NCBI GenBank assembly: GCA_907165135.1
Contig: OU015567.1
Span: forward strand, 7,130,001-7,194,000
Source: Oikopleura dioica
Taxonomy: Eukaryota > Animalia > Chordata
Direction: 5' to 3'
Length of the DNA: 64,000 nt
Below the pieces are notes generated by a model that was not told the origin of the DNA, did no database searches, and saw only the letters and a program-made list of their open reading frames with translations. The translations under genes were made by a program, and so were the position numbers. Below are positions 37,943-49,543 of the stretch, in pieces. Every line of letters starts with the position of its first letter. Positions within the stretch are counted from its first letter, which is position 1.

Positions 37943-40664
37943 ATATTTCGATTCCTGGAGAAAAGTCTTCCCCCTTGAAGTTGACTTTTTTTGTGGAACA
38001 GGAGGTTTTTGACAGAAGAGCAAATTCTATTACAAGCGCCTGAAAGCCGAATCATCCTTTGTAGAAGCTCTTACAAGAGTAGCGGTCGTTAGAATCTCCA
38101 TTTCCCGCAGGTGCTGTCGGCGGTACCTTCGAGTAGACTTGGCGCTCCGGACATGTCGCTTTGATCGGTGAGCCAATCTGATCAGTAATCTCCCTAACAC
38201 GACGCGCAAATCTGATCCACCGAGAATCTGTCTCGGCTCAAGCGCATTCCCCTGCTGAGGATTACAAAAAATCTGCGGTTCGCGAACAAAAATATTTGAC
38301 AAGCTCGAAGCTTCAAGCGGAAACTTTCAAAAATTCACAACTTCTACAGTACTGTACCGCAAAATTCCACAGAAAAGCTCAAATACAAGTCCGCTCACCA
38401 TCAAGATCGTGGAGATCGACAGAAAATTGATGGGAAGATGGCCTTAGAAATTTCCCTTTTTTGTTATCAAGGGTAAAATTCAGAATCGTTTTTTATGGCC
38501 TCCCAAGGTCTTTGACCCCCTGTTGAATATTTGGCGCGGAAGTGGGGGCATCTGTACAAACGCCAGCCAAAAACTGGGCTTAGACAAAACAACTTTCGAC
38601 TTTCGTGTAATCAATGTGTATCTCGGGCAAAATGTATCTTCGCGTGTTTGAAAAGAATGTTCCGGGGATATCTAAAATACACCCTTCGTAGATTGGTGAT
38701 AACCGTCTTTCTGCTTATCACAGTTTTTCTCAGCGTTGTTCTTTTTTTTTTGCCTAAAGCTCAACACCAGGTGCTTTTTTGCCAAACTTTCAAGTACTGA
38801 TTTTTCTTACAGAAGGAGGTCATTTTAAGACCACCCTTGATCGACTTGCCCGGGCACTTAAATTTTTTAAAAACTTGAAACGAGCAATTTTCATGTCAAG
38901 GAAGCAACCAGCCCAGCTTGGAAATCAGTATCCAAGCATGTAAAAAATTTAACCTGGCCGGCTTTAATTATAGATTTTTCACCTGTGTGGATCATCGGCC
39001 ACGCGTAAAATCGCGCGCTCATTTCCGGAAACGGATCTGTCAGGAATCAGATCCGCTTGTGAACAATGACAAGTGTCGCGCTGAGAAATTATGCGTTTCA
39101 TCAGTACTTTTTTCGCTTTCCCTTGAAATTTGAAATTTGAAATTTGAAATTTTGTTTATCAAACTTGATCTTTGAAATTTCAACGAAAAAGTGAGAAATC
39201 AAACACTAAAAGTACCTGTTTCTCAAACATGATTTCCTGAGCCCCCTAAATAACACACGATGTCTCGAGATGACAGCGAGCTGTCAGATGTAAGACAAAC
39301 CGCCCCAACTCGAAATGTATTCAGTGACATTCACCGCCGATGTCCTATCCATACAACCAAACGAAAGGTCACGAAAGTCAACCTTTGGCACGTGACTGGT
39401 TTTTCTGAGAAATCAGACCTACAACGGAGGCCTGTTTTAAGACCACCGTTGAGCGAAAATGTGTAATGAAATAACCACCGTGTCTAATTTTTAGCTCTTC
39501 AATTGCATCTTTTAATTGAAAGCAGTAGGACTTTCTCTGGTCGATAATTTTTCCACCAAGTGGGGCATTGTTTCTGATCCTTGGATTACTGACTCGTGGC
39601 ACGTGCGTGGCACAATTTCGCCAAGACATTTCAAACAGGGAATTAATCCCAACCTTAAAATTCGCCAAGGCAGAAGACAATGGCTAGAAAGCAGTGCTTG
39701 AAATGTCTTTACGGCTGTTATTGGCGGCGGCATCAATGGCACTCCAGGCGAGGGATTAGCCAGAGTTGAAATGCGGGCAAGCACCGTAACAGATGCCCAG
39801 ATCAAGTAGGGCACACCCTCGAGTACTCGAGCCAGTGCTTTGTAGCCGCACGCGCGAATCTATTTACCGGATGGTTTTACCCGACCCCGCCCGAGATTTA
39901 TGCGAATATTTGGCGCTTTTCCGCGAAAGTCAAAAGAAAATTCCTTTCAACTGACATTGAGAGAAGAACCTTCTGTTGGAAGAGACAGAAATTGATCCGA
40001 TTAGAGTCTCCAAAAGGTCATCGGCATCTGAGAACTTTGAAGATGCCTCCTTTCCATTTCTCTCGGATGAATAAATTTTCGAAAAGGCCATCGCCTCTGA
40101 TCAACGCTTTCAAGCTGATTTTCAAAGATGCTTTTTTCGAAAATGGATGTTTTGAATTCACTCAATCGAAGAAGCGAAAATTTCTTCCGCTCAGATTCTC
40201 ATCAAGGTAATTTTTAAATTGAGGATAATTAACTGTTGACTCAAGGGGCCATAAATTCGTGTACCGACAGACGCGCACGTCCGGCGCTAACAACAAGCCG
40301 TTAAGTGTGGCCATCTTATTAAGGAGGCCCCTCACGGTCAACGAGCACGGCGTGACATCATCGCCAAGGATCATGGCACGTGTACAAAGCGATCCATCAA
40401 CATTTTAGTGGCTAAGAGAGCTCAACATCGAAAATACGAAAAATACCTTCCTTGACACCTTTGTTCATGAATCCTGGGTTCGAAAATAACAAAATTGCAA
40501 CCCATAAATCACCGTTAATCACCATTTTCCGACAGTAGTCGACGTAACACCCTAAAAATCATGACTTTCTTCGGAAACAATCTGCGTCAAGTTAGGCATT
40601 TATTGCACTCGGTAGTTAAAAAAGATTACACAGACTAGAATTATTCTAATGGACAGTTAATCAT

Positions 40665-42707
40665 TCAGAGCTCGTCATGTTGTCCCTCGTGCAGCTTCTT
40701 CTTGGCCTTTTCTTTTGTCCAATCGAAAAGGGTGTCGAAAACTAGAGGGCCTTCGTATTTGACCATGGTTTCCAAGCCTCTGAAGAGCCAAAACTCTCCA
40801 GCTTTGACTTCTTTGCCCCGGAGAACAGAGGTCGAAGAAGAGGCGATGATGTAGTTCTTCTTGATGTTGAATTCGGTGATTCTTGGGTAGCCTCGTTTCT
40901 TCTTTTTGTAAGTTTCAAGCGGGAAAGCTTCCGCAATTTGTTTTAGGAGTTCCATTTCTCGTTCATTTCCGCCGTGGTGGAACAGGACAAGGTGAGGTTT
41001 TTGCTGGGCGATGTTTTGCTCGAAGACGGCAGTTGTCTAAAATAATGTTCAAAGTGAGATAGAACGATTTCTTTACCAAATAGAGCGGTTCCATTTCGTA
41101 GAAGTTCTCCGGCGCTCCTTCGGCAAGTTGGAACTTCTCATTCCCAGCAAGTGCATTTTCGAACACTTCAAAAAGTCGATCTGGCTGCCACTCCTTCTTC
41201 TTCATGACTCGTCTTCCCCAGCGATTTCCCGTTGCCGTGTGGGAAATTCTGAGTGCGGATAATTATGGTTTATGCCAAAAATAAACGTGCGAAAGTGGCT
41301 CACCTGTAGGTAGGAAGCTCATCAGGCACGACATCGAAGAAGCCAACGAGTCGATAATTATCCGGGTTGTCGGCATCTGCCACCATGAAAAGCGTATCCT
41401 TCCCATGACCCGCTAACAAAAAACATGGTTACGTTGAGCTCAGCATACTCACTTCCACCTCTCATAAAATGCCTTGACAATAAATACACTTACTTTCAAT
41501 GGAAGAAAAACTCAACAAAAATGACTTAGAAAATTACCTTGTTCAACTTTTGCGGCGAATTCGATGAAGTTGTCCAAGATCTTAGCATATTTCGTTTCTT
41601 CTTCCTCATTTGTCGGATCAGGAAGGAGTAGGAAGATGTGATGAGCTTGATCTTTGTTAAAAATAACCATCGTGTGCTCCTTAATTTTCATTTTGAACAA
41701 ACCATCATGCGTTTTCATCAAACCTCTGTATAATCCTGCACAAGTGGCTTGCCAAAATTTTCAAGGAAAGAGCTCAGCGTCTCCTTGGTCATTTCTCCTT
41801 CCATTTCAACGATTCTTCCTGGCATGGACTGCTTGAAAATGTATGTTCCATGTCTCTCAATCTAAAAACTGAGATTCGATGGCAAGACAGATTTTCCTAC
41901 CCCAAAGACTTTCGCTACATCGGCATTAAAAGTAGCCGCCATTGTGACCAAATCGAAATCATCGCTTGCATATTCTAGCGTGGAGATATTCGCATCGCCT
42001 TCTGGGTAATATCCGAGGCAGAGCACTTGGGTGTCTTCATTGTACTTCTCTTTGAGTGCCTCAGCTGCATCAAGCGTTTCAACGTGACTGGGGTGAGATT
42101 TATTGCCAATTGAATTAATGGAAGGGACTCTCACCGAAAACTGTACAAAATTCGACGGGCCATAAATTTCACCAGTTTGGGAATGTGACGACGACCCTGG
42201 TATCGCGAAGCTCGTCCGTTTTTGTAAAAATTAATCCAAGGATAGCCTGAAATCAACAATGACAACTCCTCTTCTTTCTCTCTTACCCTCGATGTTGTAC
42301 ATCTCTTTGATTCTCTCTGTATCTGCGCCCATGTTGATCTGGACGAGTTCGATGTTCTGAGCCCATTCGAGATCCTCGAGAGCTTGGGGAAGCTCGTTGA
42401 AAGTTTCGGAAAACTCCATGCAAGGGATGCAAGCGGGATGAAAAAAATATGCAAGGACGTATTCATTCTCATCAATCATTTTTTGCAGCTCGCCAATGTC
42501 TTCCACATATTCGATGTATTCCTGAAAAAACCATACCGAGAATCGTTTTTTGTTGTAAAATACCTCTTGTTGTTCTTCCTTGATTTCAGTTGAATCTGTG
42601 GCCTCAATCTCAACATTTTCACTTTCGACCACGACATTTTCCTCGACGACCGTTTCTTCAGCAAAGGAAACGGCAAAAAGGGCAAAGGCCCAAAGTAATA
42701 ACCTCAT
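40665..42707 (-). CDS. ER protein disulfide isomerase-like protein (CIPC active site, HDEL), multi-exon
   Basis: Signal peptide, acidic stretch, thioredoxin domain FFHPACIPC...GYPWINFYKNG...YQGRR, further Trx-like exons, C-terminal HDEL*. Confidence 0.82.
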
Positions 42708-43003
42708 TTTCTTTTATTATTTGCGAGGAATTTCAAATTTTGGCGGCGATATTAGGAAGCACACATCTGTCCACTTTCCCAACTTTACGTGTAAGCCACG
42801 TTAGTATTTGTTTCTTTCGTCAATTTTAAGAAAGTTTCGGAATCGAACTTGAGTTTGATGTCGAGGATTTATTTGTTTATTTTCAAAAGGATTCGGAGCA
42901 GAGAAATAATTTTTAAAAATGTGATCAAATTTTCAGCTAATTTCTAACGCGGTCAGGGATAAGGAAAGGGTGTTAAAGTCTCAGTTTCAGCGCTGATCAG
43001 CTG

Positions 43004-45553
43004 CTAGTCGTTCCATTGTTCGGTGCCGAAGACGCTCGCGATGTTGTTATGCTCACAAGCATCCTCTTCATCGTTGTCGTTTTCGTTTGCTGGAGTGTAG
43101 TGTGGACAATCAAGCGCGTGTTGCAAATCATCATGTTCAATAAGTGGTTGATCTTCGTTGTCTTCTTCTTTTACGGGTTTGTATTGATGACGATTTTTAA
43201 TCTTCGGCAATATAACGCTTTTTATGACAAAGACAAGAGCAGATAGTAGCACCAAAGAAATGGAGGAGGAGTAGAATATATGATGAGTGATGATTGCAAG
43301 GAAGCGTTTGAACCATGTCTTTTTTAAAGAGTTTTTCTTCAAAGTAGTTGGATCATAATCTGCACAGGTCGGAAAATCTTTCGGCAAATAAGAATAGGGC
43401 TTGTTCTCTTCCTTGTCTTCAACATTCAATGCAACGGCCATTCCTTGGGCATTGTGGAAAAGTTGATGACAGTGCATAGGCCAGATTCCAGGATTAGTCG
43501 CCCGGAAGCGGACAATCGCGTAGCCCATTGCCGGGACTAGAATCGTATTCTTCGCGACGGTGTTCTTACTTCGCAATCTTCGAGTCTTCAAAATGTCTTC
43601 TCTGTATTCTACTCTTGGACAGCGGCTTCCACCAATACATGTCAACGCATCATCAAGTCCAATAATTTTTCTATGTTCATCAAGTCTCGGAAATCCAAGT
43701 TCCTGGACAAAAAACTCGTAGCCGTGCAAATGAAGCGCGTGATAAGTCCACTCGTACGGGGAGTTTTCGTTTGTGATTTCATGAGCAGCGGATATTCGTA
43801 TCTCAACAAGCTCGTCTTTTTGGACTGTGAAAATTTGCGTACAAGTTCTGTTCCCCTCATCTCCTAGAATTTCTTCAGTGCAAGGCGTTATATACTCGTC
43901 CTTGATTCCATCGAAAAAGGGTCGGTATGGATAGGCGAATTTGATCCCGTTGATTGACGATCCTCGAGCAAGATTCAAATTCAATTCAATGACTTGATCT
44001 GGCTCTTCATGAATCTCTGCTGGATCGTACTGATAAGCATCTGCTTCGATGCTTTCATCTCGAAGAAAATCCATTATTCCAACGCAATTGAAGCCACGGT
44101 AGTTGGCCAGCGGACAGTTGAGATAAGTGAAACTAGGATGATCCAAATTTCCGTCATAGTCCATAAATTCTGTAACATCCCTGCCTTCGTGAGGTCTTAG
44201 AGGAGGTGGCATGTCTTTCCAGGGCTCAAGAGCGACGAGATTCCGGATGCGTTCTCCGCGAAACGGGGCTGAAGATCGCTTAACAGAGACTCTTACAAAA
44301 GGTCGAGGGCTAAGCTGGTAGTCCGGGTCAACCACATGTCCGTATCCTTCGACCATGATTTCAGCAATGAACTCAATCTCGTCAAGTCCGTTTAATTCGC
44401 TTTCAATATTCCACGTCTCACCAACTCCGAAGATCAGTCCATGTCCAGCTGTTGACTTGATTCTTCTACCATCAGTTCCAGTCGCATAAATAGGCAAACT
44501 ATCAGCTCGTCGAACTAGAATTGGAACTTCGAAGCCGGCGTGGATTGCTTTCAACTCGACAGTTTCTGTTTCGTAAGGAAGGACAAACTGCTCGCCGATA
44601 GAAAACTCTGACGAATCATTTTTATGTCGGAATTGCCCATGGCCGTTGACCAAAATTGAATCGACGCAGTAGCTGCTCACTTTTGCCCCGTTGAGAAAAC
44701 CCTTCTCCGGAGTGGTGCATGTTCGCGCTCCAGTTCCAGTAAAGCGATCTCCACCAGAGAAGCCATAACGGTAGGGATCCGCAGCAGCGAGAAAGTCAGA
44801 ATCATCTCGATACCAGTCGGTCATAACAAATGGAATTTTGTTCGCGTGGTCTTTTTGTTCTTCTTCTTCAAGGACGATGAATGCTCCATGAAGTCCATCT
44901 GCCCGCTGCAGTCCTTTGTGCGAGTGATACCAGTGCGTTCCAGTGTTTTCAGCCTCGATGACGTATGTAAACTCATTGAAACTGTTTACTGGGCACTGAG
45001 AGAACATCGCTCCTCCATCCATCCAGTAGTTGTTCATCATATGTTGCCCATGCCAGTGGAGGGTAAATGCCTGATCATGAAGTGCGCTTTTTACATGGAT
45101 AATGACCTTCGCCCCCTTATTTACGATAACACTCGGACCGGGAAAATGACCGTTTGTTGTAATAACTCGGCGTTCTTCCTGGCCGTCGGTGAAGAAAAGG
45201 TTCTCTAGCTCGTTCAGGGGGTTGAGGGTGTTACCTTTTTGATCGACAAGAAATGGAGTATTGGCGGTAAGCCCGATCTGGACAATGTCTAGGTTATGGC
45301 GTGTGTGGTTCCAAGTCACCGAGAAATCACGAAGAGAACCCTTTGCTACATTTGTTCGCTGCCCGTAATCTCGCGTTCGCCAGGTGTTAGTTAGTCGATA
45401 CTCAATGTTCCAGAAGTACTCGCAGACATCAGCAGTACAAGCATCATTGCAGGGCTCATCGTAATGGCAGATAACTTGGCGAGTTTTGGTTTCTTGCTCC
45501 TCATTTGGTTTCGAAAAGGTTCGATGCAAAAATATCAGAAAAAGAAAGTTCAT
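43004..45553 (-). CDS. Laccase-like multicopper oxidase A, intronless, with C-terminal TM helix and cytoplasmic tail
   Basis: All four Cu-binding motifs: HWHG, WYHSH, HALHLHG and HCHQLFHNAQGM. Signal peptide and Cys-rich N-terminus. Confidence 0.93.
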   Translation of the reverse strand: MNFLFLIFLHRTFSKPNEEQETKTRQVICHYDEPCNDACTADVCEYFWNIEYRLTNTWRTRDYGQRTNVAKGSLRDFSVTWNHTRHNLDIVQIGLTANTPFLVDQKGNTLNPLNELENLFFTDGQEERRVITTNGHFPGPSVIVNKGAKVIIHVKSALHDQAFTLHWHGQHMMNNYWMDGGAMFSQCPVNSFNEFTYVIEAENTGTHWYHSHKGLQRADGLHGAFIVLEEEEQKDHANKIPFVMTDWYRDDSDFLAAADPYRYGFSGGDRFTGTGARTCTTPEKGFLNGAKVSSYCVDSILVNGHGQFRHKNDSSEFSIGEQFVLPYETETVELKAIHAGFEVPILVRRADSLPIYATGTDGRRIKSTAGHGLIFGVGETWNIESELNGLDEIEFIAEIMVEGYGHVVDPDYQLSPRPFVRVSVKRSSAPFRGERIRNLVALEPWKDMPPPLRPHEGRDVTEFMDYDGNLDHPSFTYLNCPLANYRGFNCVGIMDFLRDESIEADAYQYDPAEIHEEPDQVIELNLNLARGSSINGIKFAYPYRPFFDGIKDEYITPCTEEILGDEGNRTCTQIFTVQKDELVEIRISAAHEITNENSPYEWTYHALHLHGYEFFVQELGFPRLDEHRKIIGLDDALTCIGGSRCPRVEYREDILKTRRLRSKNTVAKNTILVPAMGYAIVRFRATNPGIWPMHCHQLFHNAQGMAVALNVEDKEENKPYSYLPKDFPTCADYDPTTLKKNSLKKTWFKRFLAIITHHIFYSSSISLVLLSALVFVIKSVILPKIKNRHQYKPVKEEDNEDQPLIEHDDLQHALDCPHYTPANENDNDEEDACEHNNIASVFGTEQWND

Positions 45554-45586
45554 TTTCTTTGTCAGCTTCTGGTGGTGAAGGTCAGC

Positions 45587-45593
45587 TTTTATA
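45587..45593 (-). promoter_or_regulatory. TATA box of laccase A
   Basis: TATAAAA on the minus strand ~35-40 nt upstream of the ATG, mirrored upstream of paralog B. Confidence 0.55.
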
Positions 45594-46265
45594 CTGTCAA
45601 TGGCGTCTTTGGGCGGAAGTTTGTCTGAGGAAGGGCGAAAGCGTGATTCCGCTTACCTATTATATTTTGAGATCTATTCTGCGCTGCTAACCGGCAACTA
45701 ATTATAATGAAAAAAAAGTTTACCATTTCGCACATTTGCGGTTTTTTTGTACCGCTCTCATTATTGAACCAATGATCTTTTATTCTTCAGCCCTCTATCT
45801 TGCCGGCGTCAAACAGAAAAGCTGATTACCTATTGTACTGTCAGACGTAATGGCGGGAAAAGAAGTTCAATGTTCCGAGTTTTTCGATCAAATGTGTGAT
45901 TATATTTGCTATATCTACAAAAAATATGTACATAAAATACTGTAAGCTGAACTAGAACAGAAGCTGAGCTGTAAGAATCACAAGGAGTATATTCAGTACA
46001 GTCGTTTTAGAAGAAGAGTCCTCCATCTTGGTTGGATCGTAATTTCCACATGTCGGGAAGTCAGTCGGGAGATACGAATACGGTTTGTTTTCCTCCTTGT
46101 CTTCAACATTCAACGCCACGGCCATGCCCTGGTAATTGTGAAAGAGTTGGTGGCAGTGCATCGGCCACACTCCTGGATTTGTCGCCTTGAATCGAACAAT
46201 CGCGTAGCCCATCGCGGGAACTAGAAGCGTATTCTTCGCGATCGTATTGTTACTTTGCATTCTTA

Positions 46266-47543
46266 ACATAGGTCATCCCCTTGTTACCAGGATAAACGTT
46301 GGCGAAAATCTGAATTTAGCAGGATAAACCCCAGGCAAACTTGCCCCCATGTTAGCAGGATAAACTTTGGCAAAAGGGCTCATTGTTAGCAGGGTAAACT
46401 TTGGCACTCAATTAACAGGGTTGCGTGAATCATCAGCGCTCGCCCAGGGCGTGACGTAACAGTTAGCCCGAGGAGGACTCAACCTGCTGGAAGAAAATGC
46501 CAATGAAAAATATCTTCATAAAATCTGCTTGAAAATTTCAATATATATTTATAAATTCAGTATTTAATACAAGTTAACGATTTTATCATTATTAATTTTA
46601 ATTTTGATATTTATTCATATTTTTAAATTATTTATTTTTAGGGCTTAGGAGGGTAGGCACCAGAGTTGCAAATTTGGCTTTATTTTCGCTGAGCTGAGTG
46701 AGCTGAGTTGAGCTATTTTTACTGTATTTTAGTAGTAAAATTGTGTTGAAATCATTGAGCTGAGCTGAATTATTATCGACGATAATTTATCGTCTGAGCT
46801 GAGGAGATCAGTTCACTTTTGAAAATCACTGAGCAGTCTCAGCTCACTTAACTCAGCAAATTTGAAACTCTGGTAGGCACATTATACAGTATTACTAATA
46901 CTGTATTAGAAAGCTCAGAAGCTGAGCTATTTTGACTATTGATAACGGGGTGATCTCGTACCTGGCCCTTTTCGGACTCTAACCATCTTTCAAGAAGAAA
47001 AATCTCCAAAGTTGATCCCGAGTGATCCCAGGTAACCCCAACTTGACCTCAGGTCAGCAATGATGCAGATATTATATCCAATATTAGATATATAAGATAT
47101 TAGTCCCTATATTCTATAATGATATGGGCTATACTTCACCGAAGTCGCTTGATCTAATGAATGGCCTCGGAATCCTGTAAACAGGAACAGAGACAGGAAC
47201 AGGGATTTTATTTTTTGGCCCATTTTAATTTAAAAAAAATTATATATTAAAATTAAAATTAATAACATAAAATTGTTCACTTGTATTTCAAGCAGATTTG
47301 CTTCATTCGCATTTTCTTCCAGCAGGTTGAGTCCTCCTCGGGCTAACAGTTACGTCACGCCCTGGGCGAGCGCTGATGATTCACGCAACCCTGTTAATTG
47401 AGTGCCAAAGTTTACCCTGCTAACAATGAGCCCTTTTGCCAAAGTTTATCCTGCTAACATGGGGGCAAGTTTGCCTGGGGTTTATCCTGCTAAATTCAGA
47501 TTTTCGCCAACGTTTATCCTGGTAACAAGGGGATGACCTATGT
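46266..47543. mobile_element. 1278-bp non-autonomous DNA transposon, ~235-bp near-perfect TIRs, TA target duplication (Tc1/mariner-like)
   Basis: ACATAGGTCATCCCCTTG... / ...CAAGGGGATGACCTATGT. TA at 46264-46265 and 47544-47545. Four subterminal (AG)CAGG(A/G)TAAAC repeats per arm. No internal ORF. Confidence 0.92.
46661..46872. mobile_element. Nested 212-bp hAT-type MITE
   Basis: 8-bp TSD GTAGGCAC (46653-46660, 46873-46880), TIR CAGAGTT(G/T)CAAATTT, internal CTGAG repeats. Confidence 0.9.
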
Positions 47544-49536
47544 TAGATTGTCCAAGATGCTTTCCGTGTATTGAACTCTCGGGCAGGAACTTCCGCCTTC
47601 GCAGGTCATTGCTCCATGAAGTCCAACAATCTTCCCATGATCATCGAGTCTGGGAAATCCAACGTCTTGGACAAAAAACTCGTAGCCATGCAAATGGAGA
47701 GCGTGATAGGTCCATTCATATGGAGAAAGTGGATTTGTTATTTCATGGGCAGCAGATATTCTGAGCTCAATGATCTGGTCTTTCTGGACTGTTATCATTT
47801 GAGTGCAGGTTTTGTTTCCATCTTCACCCAGAACTTCATCGGTACAAGGAGTTATGTTCTCCTCGTTGATTCCATCGAAAAACGGGCGGCTTGGATAAGC
47901 AAATTTGATTCCGTTGACAGATGATCCTCGAGCAAGATTGAAGTTCAATTCAATAATTTGATCAGGTTCTTGCTCAATTTCCGACGGGTTGTATTGATAA
48001 GAGTCAGCGTCGACGCTCTGATCTCGCTGGAAATCCATAATACCAATGCACTTGAAGCCGCGGTAGTTGACTACTGGGCAGTTGATGTAAGTAAAGTGTC
48101 GGTGGAGAGGGTCGTTGATGTCTACTCCTTCATGAGGTCTTCGAGGAGCAATCAAGTGCTGTCTTGGCTGAAGAGGAAGAAGTTTTCTGGTTCGTTCTCC
48201 CCGAAATTGCGTAGAAGATCGACGAACAGGAACTTTCACGTAGGGTCGATGGCTGTGATGATAGTCCGCATGAACGACATTTCCGATTCCTTCGAGCATG
48301 ATTTCAGCAATGAACTCAATATCATCAAGTCCATTGAATTCGCTTTCAATATTCCAAGTTTCGCCAACGCCGAAAATAAGTCCGTGACCGGCTGTGGACT
48401 TGATTCTCCTGCCATCAGTACCGGTTGCGTAAATCGGCATATTATCAGCTCGTCTGACCAAAATGGGAAATTCAAACCCGGCATGAATGGCCTTCAACTC
48501 TACTGTTTCTGTATCGTATGGTAAGATATACTCCTCGCCAATAGAAAATGCCATTGATCCGTTGTGTTGTCGAAATTGTCCATGGCCGTTTACAGTGATG
48601 GAATCGACGCAGTAGCTGCTCAGTTTAGCCCCATTGAGGAAGCCCTTTTCTGGCGTTGTGCATGTTCGCGCTCCTGTTCCAGTAAATCGATCTCCTCCAG
48701 AAAATCCGAAGCGATAAGGGTCTGCAGCGGCGAGAAAATCAGAATCGACTCGGTACGAATCAGTCATGACAAAAGGAATCTTATTACAGTGATCTTCTTG
48801 TTCTTCTTTTTCCAAAACGATGAATGCTCCATGAAGTCCATCAGCTCTTTGAAGTCCCTTGTGCGAGTGGTACCAGTGTGTTCCACTGTTATCAGCGTTG
48901 ATTACGTAAGTGAAGTCATTGAAACTGCTCACGGGGCATTGAGAAAACATCGCTCCTCCGTCGTTCCAGTAGTTGTCTTCCATGTGGAGCCCGTGCCAGT
49001 GGAGAGTAAAAGATTGATCGTGGAGGGCGCTTTTGACGTGGATGATGACTTTTGCTCCCTTGTTGACCATGATGCTGGGGCCAGGAAAGTGACCATTGAT
49101 GGAAATGACTCGGCGTTGATCTTGTCCGTCGGTGAAGAAGAGGTTTTCAAGCTCGTCCAGAGGTTCAAGTTTGTCGCCGTTTTCGTTGACGAGAAACGGT
49201 GTATTTGCTGCAAGGCCTTCTTGTATGATTTCTACGTTTTTGCTTGTCTCGTTCCAGGCGACAGAGAAATCGCGAAGAGATCCGCTTCGAACATTCGATC
49301 GCTGGCCATAGTCTCGCGTTCGCCAGGTGTTTGTTAGTCGATACTCGATGTTCCAGAAGTACTCGCAGACATCAGCAGTGCAAGCATCATTGCATGGCTC
49401 ATCGTAGTTGCAGATAATTTGCTGCGATTCTGCTTTTTCCTTCTCCGTTGGCTTGGAAAAGGTTTGATGTAAAAGTAAAACAAAAAGAAATTTCATTTTT
49501 GATTTTTTTTGATAACCGTGGGTTACGAGGACTACC

Positions 49537-49543
49537 TTTTATA
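49537..49543 (-). promoter_or_regulatory. TATA box of laccase B
   Basis: TATAAAA on the minus strand ~41-47 nt upstream of ATG 49496. Confidence 0.55.

Larger units (their letters stand above)
45952..49496 (-). pseudogene. Laccase-like multicopper oxidase B, interrupted in-exon by a transposon; hydrophobic (GPI-signal-like) C-terminus
   Basis: ORFs 47538-49496 and 45952-46269 rejoin as ...ILDNL|RMQSNNTIAKN..., colinear with paralog A (ILKTRRLRSKNTVAKN), once the element and one TA are removed. Confidence 0.85.

Noticed and set aside
39706-39822. AVIGGGING Rossmann-like motif
   Set aside because: Flanked by in-frame stops with no supporting exons; probably chance.
46434-46448. CAGCGCTCGCCCAGG resembling the TIR of the 5243 foldback element
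   Set aside because: The match is short and GC-rich and the elements have different TSDs, so it does not show a relationship.
47530-47545. Rescue of laccase B by splicing out the transposon
   Set aside because: The nearby donor options (TAG|GT, TA|GG) leave a stop codon when joined to the AG at the far end.
48564-49337. Long antisense ORFs over the laccases, VLIG, SMARCAD1 and MPP10
   Set aside because: These are shadows of codon bias on the opposite strand of real genes, with no motifs of their own.
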